This document shows, one piece after another, positions 1 to 9,754 of a DNA stretch of 64,000 nucleotides (position 1 is the first letter of the stretch; each line of letters opens with the position of its first letter). The stretch lies in the sequence record PZ509022.1; one strand, written 5' to 3'. This DNA comes from a phage. A program made the translations under genes and the position numbers. The notes beneath the pieces are model-generated. The model saw only the letters and a program-made list of their open reading frames with translations, was not told the origin of the DNA and ran no database searches.

Positions 1-393
1 GTTTGAACTATAAGCTTCCATAAAGGAACGAAGATGTCGCTGAGACTCTGCTAACCCTGAGCGGTCAAATTCATCAATAACGATTACTTTTTGACGACCA
101 TCAAATGAAGCGGCGCTGGCAAAATTAGTCAAAGGACCACGAACGAAATCAATTTTACAATCTGACCCATTCACAAACATCATATCAGCATTTACATCAT
201 GACACAATGCTTTTGCTACAGTTGTTTTACCTGTTCCTGGAGAAGGAGAATGAAGAATAATATGTGGAATCTTACCTTTACTTGTAATAGATTTAAAGGT
301 TTCTTTATCAAAGGCGGGAAGAATACATTCATCGATAGTAGATGGACGATATTTCTGTTCAAGAATGTGTTCTTTTTCATTTACGGTAATCAT
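1..393 (-). CDS. 44: Clamp loader large subunit gp44, N-terminal 131 codons; gene continues past the window start
   Basis: Reverse complement of 1-393 reads MITVNEKEHILEQKYRPSTIDE...SPSPGTGKTTVAKA with Walker A; ATG at 393-391; sits directly downstream of gene 45 as in T4. Confidence 0.88.
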   Translation of the reverse strand, partial: MITVNEKEHILEQKYRPSTIDECILPAFDKETFKSITSKGKIPHIILHSPSPGTGKTTVAKALCHDVNADMMFVNGSDCKIDFVRGPLTNFASAASFDGRQKVIVIDEFDRSGLAESQRHLRSFMEAYSSN

Positions 394-428
394 AATTTCC
401 TCATTCAAGTTTTAGTGTAAATTATAAA

Positions 429-440
429 GGGCCGAAGCCC
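429..440 (-). terminator. GC hairpin GGGCCGAAGCCC (UUCG tetraloop on the minus-strand RNA) between genes 45 and 44; RNA stability or attenuator element
   Basis: Perfect 4-bp GC stem with tetraloop immediately downstream of the gene 45 stop; same motif recurs at several gene ends. Confidence 0.4.
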
Positions 441-444
441 TCTA

Positions 445-1131
445 TTAAAAATCGTGGGTAGAATCAGCTTCAAGAGCTACTACATAATTCGCGTGTTCAC
501 CTTCAAATTTAGCAGCGCCTTGTTTACCTTTTGCCCAGAGCAGAAGTTTATAATTTCCTGGTTGCATTTTCATATTTGCCATATTGATAATGAAATTAAA
601 TGTGTTTTCACCATCATAATCACCAAGAGTCAAAGAATATTTAACACGAGTCAAAGCAGAATCTTCTACTTTATTAAAACCGTTAATTACGATTTTACCT
701 TCTTTTACCGTGATAGCAATTGTATCAATTTGCAGACCACGAGATACACGCAACAGTTGTTGAAGGTCTTCAGCTTTAATTTCAGTAACAACAGATGCTA
801 CCGGGAATGGAATTGGTTTATTAGGAGCAACTACTGTACTCGGATCGGCTGCTGGCCAAAAAATTGTTGAGCGGGCATCAGCAATTTTAATATTTCCATC
901 TTCTGACTGGGAAATTTCTGCATCATCATTAACTAGAGACAGAATACCGAGAAAACCGTTCAAATCGTAAATTGCTACATCAAAATCAATAACGTCAGAA
1001 ATATTTGCTTCCGCATAAGTTGTACCATTAACTGCGCGAGTCATAATAAATTGACCGGATTTAAGCATAATACCAGAGTTAATAGTAGCGAAATTTTTGA
1101 GCAGAGCAGTAGTATCTTTAGACAGTTTCAT
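445..1131 (-). CDS. 45: DNA polymerase sliding clamp gp45
   Basis: 228-aa ORF; translation matches T4 gp45 as I recall it (MKLSKDTTALLKNFATINSGIMLKSGQF...). Confidence 0.96.
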   Translation of the reverse strand: MKLSKDTTALLKNFATINSGIMLKSGQFIMTRAVNGTTYAEANISDVIDFDVAIYDLNGFLGILSLVNDDAEISQSEDGNIKIADARSTIFWPAADPSTVVAPNKPIPFPVASVVTEIKAEDLQQLLRVSRGLQIDTIAITVKEGKIVINGFNKVEDSALTRVKYSLTLGDYDGENTFNFIINMANMKMQPGNYKLLLWAKGKQGAAKFEGEHANYVVALEADSTHDF

Positions 1132-1186
1132 GTAATTTCCTTCAATTCAAATGAGATTTAATTTTATAACTAATTTAATAAAGCAA

Positions 1187-1576
1187 TTAACGATTAAAAT
1201 CAGCCGCAATTGTTTCCGCAACAATTTGAGCAGCAACAATTAGACGTTCATCTGCATTACCGCAATAATCATCTTCAAGACGTTCACCACATGAAGTCAT
1301 AATAAATTTAGCACCGGCGTTTAGGGATTCTGTAGTATGTTTGCGCATTAGTTCAATCCATTTATTACTTACTTCACGATCGATAGCTTCATAATACGCA
1401 TGACGAGCAGGTGCAGATTTAATTTTGTTCTGAATAACTTCCATTGCGTTATCAGAAAGAGACAAAACCCATGCTCGACGAATTTTATTTTGGTTTTGTG
1501 GATTTGATTCAGAACGCACGTGTTTTGGCTGAATATCTTTTACATCAACGTTATAATTCACAGTAATTTTAGTCAT
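1187..1576 (-). CDS. rpbA: RNA polymerase-binding protein RpbA
   Basis: 129-aa ORF between genes 45 and 46, same size and position as T4 rpbA. Confidence 0.8.
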   Translation of the reverse strand: MTKITVNYNVDVKDIQPKHVRSESNPQNQNKIRRAWVLSLSDNAMEVIQNKIKSAPARHAYYEAIDREVSNKWIELMRKHTTESLNAGAKFIMTSCGERLEDDYCGNADERLIVAAQIVAETIAADFNR

Positions 1577-1585
1577 AATACACCT

Positions 1586-1774
1586 TTAGTCATAATAATC
1601 AGTAACAGTCCAAGCTTCATTTCTATTGGACATTATTTTTGTATATTCTGCTTTAAATGCATTCCTAAGCATAGATTCAGTAACTATATGCTCTTCATTA
1701 GAAAAATTATTTCTCAGAATATATCGTTTTATTTCAGGAATAGTTAATAGATGCTGTCCAGTTGAATATTCCAT
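1586..1774 (-). CDS. 45.2: Small hypothetical protein (position of T4 45.2)
   Basis: 62-aa ORF tightly packed between rpbA and gene 46. Confidence 0.6.
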   Translation of the reverse strand: MEYSTGQHLLTIPEIKRYILRNNFSNEEHIVTESMLRNAFKAEYTKIMSNRNEAWTVTDYYD

Positions 1775-1829
1775 GTTTTTCCTCCATAGAGATTATACTC
1801 TAATAAATTAAAGCATAATCTCTTATAAA

Positions 1830-3512
1830 TTAAACCATTACAGTAAATCGACCAACTTTCTTCATTTGAAGATGCTGACCGTATGCTTGTGGGTCATGGT
1901 CTCTATGCGAAATAACAAAAACATTAGTATTTTTTAAACTATCTAAAATAGTTGAAATAGCTTTTACACCTTCAACGTCGGTCGCTGAATCAAAAACTTC
2001 ATCAAGAATTAGTGTGTTTATTTTAACACCTGAAACTTTTTCAGCAATATCACGCCAAGTAAATAAAATAGCAATATCAATTCGTGCTTTTTCACCTTGA
2101 CTGAATGAAGCATAACTAAAATCTTCACGACCACGGGATTTAATTGTCTCATTAAATTCTTCATCTAATGTAAACACATAATCCGCTTCCATTATTTTAA
2201 GATAATAGTTAATCTGCTTATTAAATAATGGAATGTACTTTTTAATAATAGCACCTTTAATACCAGAATCTTTGAGCATATCAGTCAAAATTCCTCGGTG
2301 GTATTTTTCCATTACTAAATTAGTTTTTGTCTTAACAATTTTATCAAGTTCTTCTTGAAGCAGTGCTATTTCATCAGCATGGTCAATAAACTCAGAAGAT
2401 GCTTTTTCTATAGCCGCTTTAACTTTTTTAGCTTTATCTACTGCTGCGATCAGAGATTGCTTTTTATTGCGAATATCATTTGCCAACGACTGCTGAGTTT
2501 TAATATTATCTCGGTATTCATCAACAAGAACTTTTAAATTATCACGATGTGTTGAAAGCTGTTCAAACGAATGCGTGCATTCAGAAACTTTATCTTTAAT
2601 TTTAGAAACAACTTTATCACCGGAACTCAATTGTGACAAACAGGTTGGACATAATCCACCTTCGTGATACATATTAATGACTTTATTATACGAGTCAATT
2701 TTTGATTTAATTAAAACTGCTTCTTGACCGATTTTATTAAATGCATCAGTCGGGTCTTCATCTAAAACAATATTAACTAATCTTTCATTAGCTTCTTCTA
2801 TTTCCGATTTTAGCGTTCTAGCTTCTTTTGCCAAATCATCATACATATTTTGCAGACGAGTAAGGTTGTCACCAGTTAATTTTTTCTGGCGTTCAACATT
2901 ATCATTATATATTTTAATTTGTTGGATAATACTATCTTTTTTAACATCAAGCACTTGGTTTTGTGAATTTAATTCACGTATTAGTGCTTTATTAAGCTTA
3001 TCCATTTCAGCTAATGTTCCTACCTCAAGCAGGTCTTCCACAAGCTTTCTTCGTGCAGGGGTCGACAAACCCATGAAAGGGGTATACCCTGCTGTACCAA
3101 GGACAACAATCTGCTTGAAACTGGCATATGACATTCCGATAAGCTGTTCAAATTCTGCTTGGAAATCTTTACTGCTGGCAGATTCATTAAGACGTGTACC
3201 GTTAACGGTGATTTCAAAAACGTTCGGTTTTTGTCCTCTTTTGATATAGTACTTTTTCTCATCATATTCCATCCACAGTTCAACTAAAAGTTCTTTCTTA
3301 TTTGTGCTGTTTATTAATTGACCTTTCTTTACATCACGAAATGGCTTGCCAAAAAGCCCAAATGTGATGGCTTCTAACATAGTAGACTTACCACCGCCAT
3401 TTCGGCCAGTAATAAGAGTTTTTTGAACCTTATCTAATTGAATGTCAATCCCATTTTGACCAACTGACATTATATTTTTATATTTTACTCTATTAAGTTT
3501 AAAATTCTTCAC
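1830..3512 (-). CDS. 46: Recombination endonuclease subunit gp46 (Rad50/SbcC-like ATPase)
   Basis: 560-aa ORF; N-terminal Walker A GRNGGGKST, long central coiled coil with CPTC zinc hook, C-terminal signature and Walker B (LILDEVFD). Confidence 0.95.
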   Translation of the reverse strand: MKNFKLNRVKYKNIMSVGQNGIDIQLDKVQKTLITGRNGGGKSTMLEAITFGLFGKPFRDVKKGQLINSTNKKELLVELWMEYDEKKYYIKRGQKPNVFEITVNGTRLNESASSKDFQAEFEQLIGMSYASFKQIVVLGTAGYTPFMGLSTPARRKLVEDLLEVGTLAEMDKLNKALIRELNSQNQVLDVKKDSIIQQIKIYNDNVERQKKLTGDNLTRLQNMYDDLAKEARTLKSEIEEANERLVNIVLDEDPTDAFNKIGQEAVLIKSKIDSYNKVINMYHEGGLCPTCLSQLSSGDKVVSKIKDKVSECTHSFEQLSTHRDNLKVLVDEYRDNIKTQQSLANDIRNKKQSLIAAVDKAKKVKAAIEKASSEFIDHADEIALLQEELDKIVKTKTNLVMEKYHRGILTDMLKDSGIKGAIIKKYIPLFNKQINYYLKIMEADYVFTLDEEFNETIKSRGREDFSYASFSQGEKARIDIAILFTWRDIAEKVSGVKINTLILDEVFDSATDVEGVKAISTILDSLKNTNVFVISHRDHDPQAYGQHLQMKKVGRFTVMV

Positions 3513-3724
3513 AAAAGATTCCTTTTAATGTATCTTTTAGACCATTCTATCATATCATCATAATCTAAAAAGTATTCATCAAATTCAGCCATGCAAACAA
3601 CACCTTGTGCTGCTTTTGATGTGATATAAATTATTCCAACATATCTAGAATCTTCTTCGGTATAATCAATATTTGCTATGAATTCATCATTAATGTCAAA
3701 TGTCGAAAACTTCACAGTATGCAT
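3509..3724 (-). CDS. Small hypothetical protein (46.1-like)
   Basis: ORF between 46 and 47; start taken at the internal Met (MHTVKF...) to limit overlap with the upstream ORF; start uncertain. Confidence 0.5.
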   Translation of the reverse strand: MHTVKFSTFDINDEFIANIDYTEEDSRYVGIIYITSKAAQGVVCMAEFDEYFLDYDDMIEWSKRYIKRNLL

Positions 3725-3959
3725 CCTTAATACAAGATACAGCCATATCTCGTAATGATTTAGGCGTGTCATTATCTAAAATGTTGAAGTTAAAAGATAC
3801 AGCCCAGTCAGTGCAGACTGTAACCTTTTTAATACAATTATCTTCAACCTCTAGTGGTTCAAACCAATATTCAATAATTTCTTTATGACCAATATCATCT
3901 TTTACTTCACATTCAAAATGCTGACTCATCACAACATTTTTAAATTCATCAAAAGTCAT
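3696..3959 (-). CDS. Small hypothetical protein (46.2-like)
   Basis: 87-aa ORF; start overlaps the gene 47 stop. Confidence 0.55.
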   Translation of the reverse strand: MTFDEFKNVVMSQHFECEVKDDIGHKEIIEYWFEPLEVEDNCIKKVTVCTDWAVSFNFNILDNDTPKSLRDMAVSCIKDAYCEVFDI

Positions 3960-4975
3960 TGTGTTGCCTCTACATATAACTGATTTGCATATTGAATAAG
4001 TGCTTCACGGTCAGAATCAGTGATGTCTGGAATTGCATTAATGTATTCTTCCATCAATGTCTGAAGAGATTGAACTTCAACTTCTTCACTGTCATCTGAC
4101 TCGACAGAGTTATCAATTTTTGACACAACTCGTAATGAATGCACAACTTTTTCTAGTTCAGATTCGAACTTCGTCAGATTTTTGTCTACCTCAGTTACTA
4201 TAACACGTACTGATAGATTTGTAAAATCTTTATAGTCAATTTTTCCTTTAAATGGATAATGAATTCTACGATGCCAGGTAGTATTGTTTGGAATAAATTC
4301 CATTCGTTCTGTTTCTGTATCAAACATCCAGAACCCACGAGGGTCATTCTCGTCACCTGCAGTTAGTGTCCATGGTGTCCCAATGTATCTGACGTTTGCA
4401 GCCTCAGAGATAGTATGGAAGTGACCAGACCACACCTCTTTATAAGTCTTAAGGAAATCAGGTTCAAGACCGTGAGATTTCATTCCTTTATAAAAATAAA
4501 ATCCATTCAGTTCCCAGTGACCAACACAAAAAGAAGCAGATGAAGTTTTGATGTGCTCAAGAATTTCACCAGTATTTTCTTCGCACATCCAAGGAATTAA
4601 ATCAATTAAACATCCGTCAAAATCGACTGTAGTAGGCTTATCATATACTTTAACATTAGGATATTTAGCCAAAAGCTCAGTAGAAGCATTTGGGGTTAAA
4701 GTATTTTTAAAGTGCATATCATGGTTTCCTACAACAGTATGTAGGGTAATACCAGCATCATCAAGCATTTGAACTATTTCACGGGCGAACTCCATAGTTT
4801 TATGTGTGATTGCTTTTCGCACATCAAAAATATCGCCATATTGAATCCATGTAGTAATTCCATTTTTCTTAGAATATTCTATTGCTTGTTTAATTCCATC
4901 CAACTGAATAGATTGAACCCACTCATCATCGGCTTTAACGCCTAAATGCCAATCACCTAAATTTAAAATTTTCAT
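3956..4975 (-). CDS. 47: Recombination endonuclease subunit gp47 (Mre11/SbcD-like phosphoesterase)
   Basis: 339-aa ORF; metallophosphoesterase motifs (GDWH, GDIFD, GNHD, GHFH). Confidence 0.95.
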   Translation of the reverse strand: MKILNLGDWHLGVKADDEWVQSIQLDGIKQAIEYSKKNGITTWIQYGDIFDVRKAITHKTMEFAREIVQMLDDAGITLHTVVGNHDMHFKNTLTPNASTELLAKYPNVKVYDKPTTVDFDGCLIDLIPWMCEENTGEILEHIKTSSASFCVGHWELNGFYFYKGMKSHGLEPDFLKTYKEVWSGHFHTISEAANVRYIGTPWTLTAGDENDPRGFWMFDTETERMEFIPNNTTWHRRIHYPFKGKIDYKDFTNLSVRVIVTEVDKNLTKFESELEKVVHSLRVVSKIDNSVESDDSEEVEVQSLQTLMEEYINAIPDITDSDREALIQYANQLYVEATQ

Positions 4976-5112
4976 ATATCAAGAACCGTCATTGAAATGC
5001 AAAATAAAATTATTGAAATAAATCCATCTGGAGTGCTAAAGAACCCAATCCAACATGCTCTAGTGAATAGATAAAATGCAAGAAAAAGTATCACATATCC
5101 AAGAAATATCAT
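4972..5112 (-). CDS. Small hydrophobic protein (47.1-like), about 46 aa
   Basis: Hand-translated ORF MIFLGYVILFLAFYLFTRACWIGFF..., ATG at 5112-5110, stop overlaps the gene 47 start (ATGA); below the ORF-track size cutoff. Confidence 0.45.
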   Translation of the reverse strand: MIFLGYVILFLAFYLFTRACWIGFFSTPDGFISIILFCISMTVLDI

Positions 5113-5138
5113 TATATCAAACTCCGTATAAAGCTAAA

Positions 5139-5150
5139 GGGCCGAAGCCC
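5139..5150 (-). terminator. GC hairpin GGGCCGAAGCCC at the 3' end of a-gt
   Basis: 4-bp GC stem with UUCG tetraloop on the minus-strand RNA, flanked by AAA/TTT, overlapping the a-gt stop. Confidence 0.45.
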
Positions 5151-5151
5151 T

Positions 5152-6354
5152 TTATTTTGTAATAATGTCAAACTGTTCTTTAAAGCAGAAGCTTGAATCT
5201 TGATGCTGATACAAAAATTCATATGCTTTTTCTCGCTCACGGTCATAAAGAGCTCTGTCAGATGACAGTTCTTTAATACGCTCGAATGTTGATTCCATGT
5301 CATTTTCATCAAACCAAATGATACCGCTATCATGCGAGGTCAAAGGAGTATTATCAACACGGAATTTTAAATTTTCGCCAGTAGATTTCCAGAAAACAGG
5401 AATTGTACCGCAAGCACCTAATTCAAGATGAGTATATTCTAGTGAGCGTTGTAAGTATTTCTGGTTAAGTTTACTCAACTGATATCCAAAGCCAGATTTA
5501 CTCATTCGTTCAAGCATTTCACTATTAATATAACAATCTAGGATTTGTGCCGGTTGATTCGGCGTGAGATTCATTTTATCGATCTCACGATTACCGTAAT
5601 ATTCATACGGAATACCTTTTTCCTTAATTGCAATAAAAGCAGGGGAACGTTCAAGACCTTCCATTACAGTGGATTTACCAGCAGGTTTTAAGAATTTTTC
5701 ATGAAAATCAAACATCTGATAAAAACCTTTCCATGTAGTCGTACGACCAATCCAACGGTTGATGTTCATGTTAATTTCAGAAACATCTTTCCAATAAGTT
5801 GACCGAACCTTCGCAATATCCATAGGAGGCTGAAAGTTATATACTGTTGGTGCTTCTTCAATATCATCAAACAGAGAAACAGTTTCTGGATACCATTCTT
5901 TCATCAAAACTTTATTAAAATCGCCATTATCAGAATGACTAAAAATAACATCAGCTCGACGAACAGTTTCTTCTAATCCCAAATTTCGACGCAAAGAAAG
6001 AACAGAATGATCATGCTGATAAACTACAACACGAATAGAAGGTTTAATATTATCTAAAAGTTTTTTATAGTTATTAATCGTGGCTTCTTGAACGGAAGTA
6101 GCAGGAACAGAATTAATAATTAGAATATCACAATCATTTACCAGCTTAAGTGCTTTATCGTATTCTTTAGCTAAAATAACTGGAATTGAAAATGATTTGT
6201 GGTCATGAGAACTTGTACGAGTAAATGATTTATCTTTAGCATAAACCAAAGTTACTTCATGACCATTTTTAATAAACCAATCACGCTGCTCAAGAGAAAA
6301 TTTAGTTACACCGCAACCTTCAAGACCTCGAGCCATAAAAATACATACTTTCAT
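5152..6354 (-). CDS. a-gt: DNA alpha-glucosyltransferase
   Basis: 400-aa ORF in the T4 a-gt position between 47 and 55; translation consistent with the T4 AGT sequence as I recall it. Confidence 0.88.
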   Translation of the reverse strand: MKVCIFMARGLEGCGVTKFSLEQRDWFIKNGHEVTLVYAKDKSFTRTSSHDHKSFSIPVILAKEYDKALKLVNDCDILIINSVPATSVQEATINNYKKLLDNIKPSIRVVVYQHDHSVLSLRRNLGLEETVRRADVIFSHSDNGDFNKVLMKEWYPETVSLFDDIEEAPTVYNFQPPMDIAKVRSTYWKDVSEINMNINRWIGRTTTWKGFYQMFDFHEKFLKPAGKSTVMEGLERSPAFIAIKEKGIPYEYYGNREIDKMNLTPNQPAQILDCYINSEMLERMSKSGFGYQLSKLNQKYLQRSLEYTHLELGACGTIPVFWKSTGENLKFRVDNTPLTSHDSGIIWFDENDMESTFERIKELSSDRALYDREREKAYEFLYQHQDSSFCFKEQFDIITK

Positions 6355-6406
6355 TTAATATCCTCTTTGTTTTGGTTTATTTTACCAAAAATTTATAAAG
6401 CAATAT

Positions 6407-6420
6407 AGGAGCCGAAGCTC
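6407..6420 (-). terminator. GC hairpin GGAGCCGAAGCTCC upstream of a-gt
   Basis: 5-bp stem with CGAA/UUCG tetraloop directly after the stop of the upstream small ORF. Confidence 0.4.
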
Positions 6421-6612
6421 CTATCCGCATAATACGCCATACAGAGGCTCATTAGAACTTCTAAATTTTATGCGCTTATATGTTATAGTTCCTTCTGCTT
6501 TAGCTTTATCGTAAGACTCTTGAAAGCGTCTCATCATTTCTACTTTAGAGGAACGAATTTTATTATAATCTATTTCAGAAGTCTGGTGTTCATCTTTCAT
6601 AACTGCCACCAT
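6421..6612 (-). CDS. Small hypothetical protein
   Basis: 63-aa ORF, tightly packed in the a-gt to 55 interval. Confidence 0.5.
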   Translation of the reverse strand: MVAVMKDEHQTSEIDYNKIRSSKVEMMRRFQESYDKAKAEGTITYKRIKFRSSNEPLYGVLCG

Positions 6613-6803
6613 TTTTTAACTTGATAAGAATCAACCCACACTTTCATATTAGGGTCTGCTCTTACAATAGGAGGATTAACTTCTTTAATTGAACTATCAT
6701 GGTATTCTTTTTCAGAAATTTTCACACAAAGATGACCATTCAAAGATTCAGTAAATCCTGCATTAATTTTAAGACGCTTGAATTTTACGTGTGTAAGCAT
6801 CAA
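6597..6803 (-). CDS. Small hypothetical protein
   Basis: 68-aa ORF overlapping its neighbours by a few codons. Confidence 0.5.
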   Translation of the reverse strand: MMLTHVKFKRLKINAGFTESLNGHLCVKISEKEYHDSSIKEVNPPIVRADPNMKVWVDSYQVKKWWQL

Positions 6804-7086
6804 TCATATCCTCAATCTGCGATCTAGTAGTCTTCCAAAGAATACTGATGAGTTCATCGTTATATGGCTGTTTTAGAATATCCCGACTTTTCTTGATAGC
6901 ATATTCGTATTGAGCAAAATTATTATTTTCAGCCGCAATCTGAGCGTGCTTATAAAGACGATTCAGTTCGCGTTTATTTTTAGACAATAACTTATTTGCT
7001 TTTCTTTCTGCTTCAAGACGGTTCTTTTCTTCAATAGAAGAAATAAGCTTTTCCACTTCATCATTAATTTCGGGTTTATCAGTCAT
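6769..7086 (-). CDS. Hypothetical coiled-coil protein
   Basis: 105-aa ORF, charged helical sequence. Confidence 0.55.
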   Translation of the reverse strand: MTDKPEINDEVEKLISSIEEKNRLEAERKANKLLSKNKRELNRLYKHAQIAAENNNFAQYEYAIKKSRDILKQPYNDELISILWKTTRSQIEDMIDAYTRKIQAS

Positions 7087-7087
7087 A

Positions 7088-7306
7088 TTATTTCTCTAAT
7101 ATAAAATAAAAATCATCATCTGTTAAATGATACCGATAGTTTAATTCTACACCATTAGATTTAAAAGCGGTATCATACGGATTTTCTGGATCAATATCAA
7201 TGTCAAGAGCTAAAACTTCCCTGAGATACATTTTAAGTAAATAGGGAATAGCTTCAACTTCAGGTATTTCTTCCAAGAATCCGGAGAGGTTAATCGTTAG
7301 CCTCAT
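7088..7306 (-). CDS. Small hypothetical protein
   Basis: 72-aa ORF immediately downstream of gene 55. Confidence 0.5.
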
Positions 7307-7847
7307 ATAAAAAATCCAAACTAGGAGAATCGTCTACAACACTTTTCTTTTCAGCCCCTGGTGTTCTATAGGTTGATTCTTCGTAATGCGTCATTTTATC
7401 GTAGATGTCTTGAATAAAAGTTTCATCTACTAACGCAACCATATCGTCGTCACGGCTGTCATAGACATTGTGAACGAAGTAACTATATTTCTTTGCAACT
7501 TCCTTACGTTCTTTTTTAATACGTTGGACGAATGCATTAAAACAAGCTTGAGTTATATACGCATGTGGGTTTTTATATTTCGTTTCATCAAAATTGTGAA
7601 GTCCCTTAATAGAAGCTTCTATACCATCTGCAATCATTTCTTGTTTCCAAGACTGGGTGTATCCTGAAAAGTTGAAACGTTTAGATAAGCCTTCTGCAAT
7701 AAGCATAATGGCTAATCCGATAGTATCATTCTGACGAACTACTTTATTTGGGTCTTTATTATTTGCTAATTCTGTTTTCCAATCAATAATAGCTTGTAAA
7801 AGCTCTTTATTGTTTACGTAATTATATTTAGGCTTAGTTTCTGACAT
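7290..7847 (-). CDS. 55: Late transcription sigma factor gp55
   Basis: [28 protein letters not shown]...; start set at the second Met to give 185 aa as in T4 gp55; the first Met at 7853 is also possible. Confidence 0.9.
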
Positions 7848-8190
7848 TTTCACCTCTTAGCTCAATTCATAGATCTATTATATCATAATATTTGAAGATC
7901 TATCTTAAAGCATAGAGGATATCAGTTATCTAAGTAAACAGTATGCTTGGAACACTTTTTCCATCATCTTTTTAAATTCATGAATATCTATGTAATGACT
8001 AGTTAAATCAGCATGATATAAAAAGTCTAAAACTTTTCATGTGTACTAACATATTCACTTTCATTTAATTCAGAAACATGGCTTTCCCAATATCCAACAC
8101 CAGTCTTATTTGGGAAAAATGAAATTTTCATGTATTGGTCAACATAGAAAATGCCATAATTTTCAATAGTAATAGAAATATTAATAAATT

Positions 8191-8406
8191 TCATACATTC
8201 ATCAACTTAGCCGCTTCAAGAGCTGCATCTAGTGAATCAAATTGATCGACATATTCAATCAGTTCGCCATAATTGGCATATAACCACCATTGGCTAAATT
8301 CATACTCAAGGATGAATCCATTTCCTTCAATTTGAGTTAAACCAATGCCATTTGTATTTACTTCATATCCAGCAAGACGCAAATCGTTAATAAGAGCTTC
8401 GTTCAT
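8191..8406 (-). CDS. Small hypothetical protein
   Basis: 71-aa ORF. Confidence 0.5.
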   Translation of the reverse strand: MNEALINDLRLAGYEVNTNGIGLTQIEGNGFILEYEFSQWWLYANYGELIEYVDQFDSLDAALEAAKLMNV

Positions 8407-8408
8407 AA

Positions 8409-8735
8409 TTATACCTTAGTAATTTTCAGGTCTGCAAATTTTTTCTTGCGTTGATTTTTCATACGACGAATAGTTTTATCGGAAATTTCATGCTTTTGAT
8501 AAGCTTTAGATTCTACGCCAAAAGCTTTAACATCAAATTCTGACAAGATATATTGAACCAACAATTCACGGACAGTGTTGCGTCCAATCTTCTGATCATT
8601 CTGTTTCATCGTCTGATGAAGCTCTTTTTCCCATTTATCCAAAATTTGAGGAGTTACAATATCGCCTTTTTCTAGCAAAGAAACTACTTTATCGTATGCG
8701 TAAGAATTAATGACGTTTTTAATTTGAATAGTCAT
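8409..8735 (-). CDS. Hypothetical protein
   Basis: 108-aa ORF with basic C-terminus. Confidence 0.55.
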   Translation of the reverse strand: MTIQIKNVINSYAYDKVVSLLEKGDIVTPQILDKWEKELHQTMKQNDQKIGRNTVRELLVQYILSEFDVKAFGVESKAYQKHEISDKTIRRMKNQRKKKFADLKITKV

Positions 8736-8773
8736 ACATTATCCTCAATTACGTTAAAATTTTATTATCCAAA

Positions 8774-8789
8774 AAGGGCCGAAGCCCTT
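8774..8789 (-). terminator. GC hairpin AAGGGCCGAAGCCCTT
   Basis: Stem-loop with CGAA/UUCG tetraloop at the stop of the 8788-8988 ORF. Confidence 0.4.
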
Positions 8790-8988
8790 AGCTAAACTTT
8801 TTGGCACCCTTCCAGCCTTCGTACATCATTGCGGCTGATATTAATATTGCTCCTGAGCAACTTGAATATTTGTGATTCCAAAACCAGTTCAGAAAAACTT
8901 CGTCATCAATACCTTGGGCTATCATATTTTCAAAGAACTGACGACGAGCTTCGGCAATTCGCTGCGATAATTTAGATTCAGGATTCAT
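8788..8988 (-). CDS. Small hypothetical protein
   Basis: 66-aa ORF. Confidence 0.5.
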   Translation of the reverse strand: MNPESKLSQRIAEARRQFFENMIAQGIDDEVFLNWFWNHKYSSCSGAILISAAMMYEGWKGAKKFS

Positions 8989-9204
8989 TTAAATTTTCCA
9001 GTTACCGTTTTCATCAATAAATTTAATCCAGTCATTTACTGACCACTTGGTCGTATCGCCTTTTGGAGCAATATTTAAAGTGTATAATCCTTGTTTAAAA
9101 AGCATGCGTTTGATATTCATATTTTCCTCAGCTGTAACGATAGCACTCGTTTGATTTACGCTTAGCAACTCGTTGAGAAGTATTGTAATCAAAATCATCG
9201 TCAA
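8989..9204 (-). CDS. Small hypothetical protein (start uncertain, possibly the internal Met at 9120)
   Basis: 71-aa ORF that overlaps the next ORF unless the later start is used. Confidence 0.4.
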   Translation of the reverse strand: MTMILITILLNELLSVNQTSAIVTAEENMNIKRMLFKQGLYTLNIAPKGDTTKWSVNDWIKFIDENGNWKI

Positions 9205-9421
9205 TGTAAACTGATTTTTTCAACTTTCTTACTTCACCGCGTAATTGACGATTTAGCTCATCTTTAACTTCTGAATCAATGCCTTTCATTCTACGCCATT
9301 TATCTGAGCGAAAAATGTTTTCAACCATATCTTTATGACTTACCCCATCAGGAGCTTTACGCTTTCCGAAATAGTCATAATCACGCACTTTTAAGTCTTT
9401 ACGACGATACGTTTTACCCAT
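9128..9421 (-). CDS. Basic hypothetical protein
   Basis: ORF 9128-9466 trimmed to the Met of MGKTYRRKDLK... Confidence 0.45.
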   Translation of the reverse strand: MGKTYRRKDLKVRDYDYFGKRKAPDGVSHKDMVENIFRSDKWRRMKGIDSEVKDELNRQLRGEVRKLKKSVYIDDDFDYNTSQRVAKRKSNECYRYS

Positions 9422-9596
9422 GGAGTTTAATTTTCTTAGCAACTGAACTAAATACAGCACGATCACAAATCATGCGTTTATGTAACTTGAGTATAATATA
9501 GCAAACTTCAAAACTATTTACATGAGTAACACGAACAGCATTACCATTAATGAGATAATACTGTCCCTTTTTAATTTCTTTATCAACCATAACCAT
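9414..9596 (-). CDS. Small hypothetical protein
   Basis: 60-aa ORF preceded by an early-type promoter and a GAGGAA ribosome-binding site. Confidence 0.45.
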   Translation of the reverse strand: MVMVDKEIKKGQYYLINGNAVRVTHVNSFEVCYIILKLHKRMICDRAVFSSVAKKIKLHG

Positions 9597-9624
9597 ATCA
9601 ATTCCTCAAAGGCAATTCATATGT

Positions 9625-9657
9625 TAATAATACCACAGTTTGAGCTCGTTGTAAACA
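9625..9657 (-). promoter_or_regulatory. Sigma70-type early promoter (TTTACA -35, 17-bp spacer, TGnTATTAT extended -10) on the minus strand
   Basis: Plus strand shows gtaaac at 9651-9656 and ataata at 9627-9632; the architecture is shared with about 13 other sites in the window. Confidence 0.5.
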
Positions 9658-9737
9658 ACTTTGTGAAAATTATTTTAGGGAATGATAAGAAAGGAACGAT
9701 AGCTTAGAATGGTAATATACAGAATGCGAGAAAGAAA

Positions 9738-9750
9738 GGCCCAGAGGGCC
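9738..9750 (-). terminator. GC hairpin followed by a U-run on the minus strand, downstream of nrdH
   Basis: GGCCC-AGA-GGGCC stem-loop; the minus-strand RNA continues UUUCUUUCU. Confidence 0.45.
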
Positions 9751-9754
9751 CGTC

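Noticed and set aside
454-870. 138-aa plus-strand ORF
   Set aside because: Lies entirely antisense within gene 45 (sliding clamp) and has low-complexity, Phe/Ile-rich composition typical of AT-rich antisense frames.
2866-3283. Plus-strand 127-aa ORF and minus-strand 87-aa ORF inside gene 46
   Set aside because: Both are embedded in alternative frames of the 560-aa gp46 ORF, which has clear Walker motifs.
5112-5333. 73-aa minus-strand ORF
   Set aside because: Out-of-frame overlap with the 3' end of a-gt; the shorter 47.1-like ORF (4972-5112) explains the remaining coding space.
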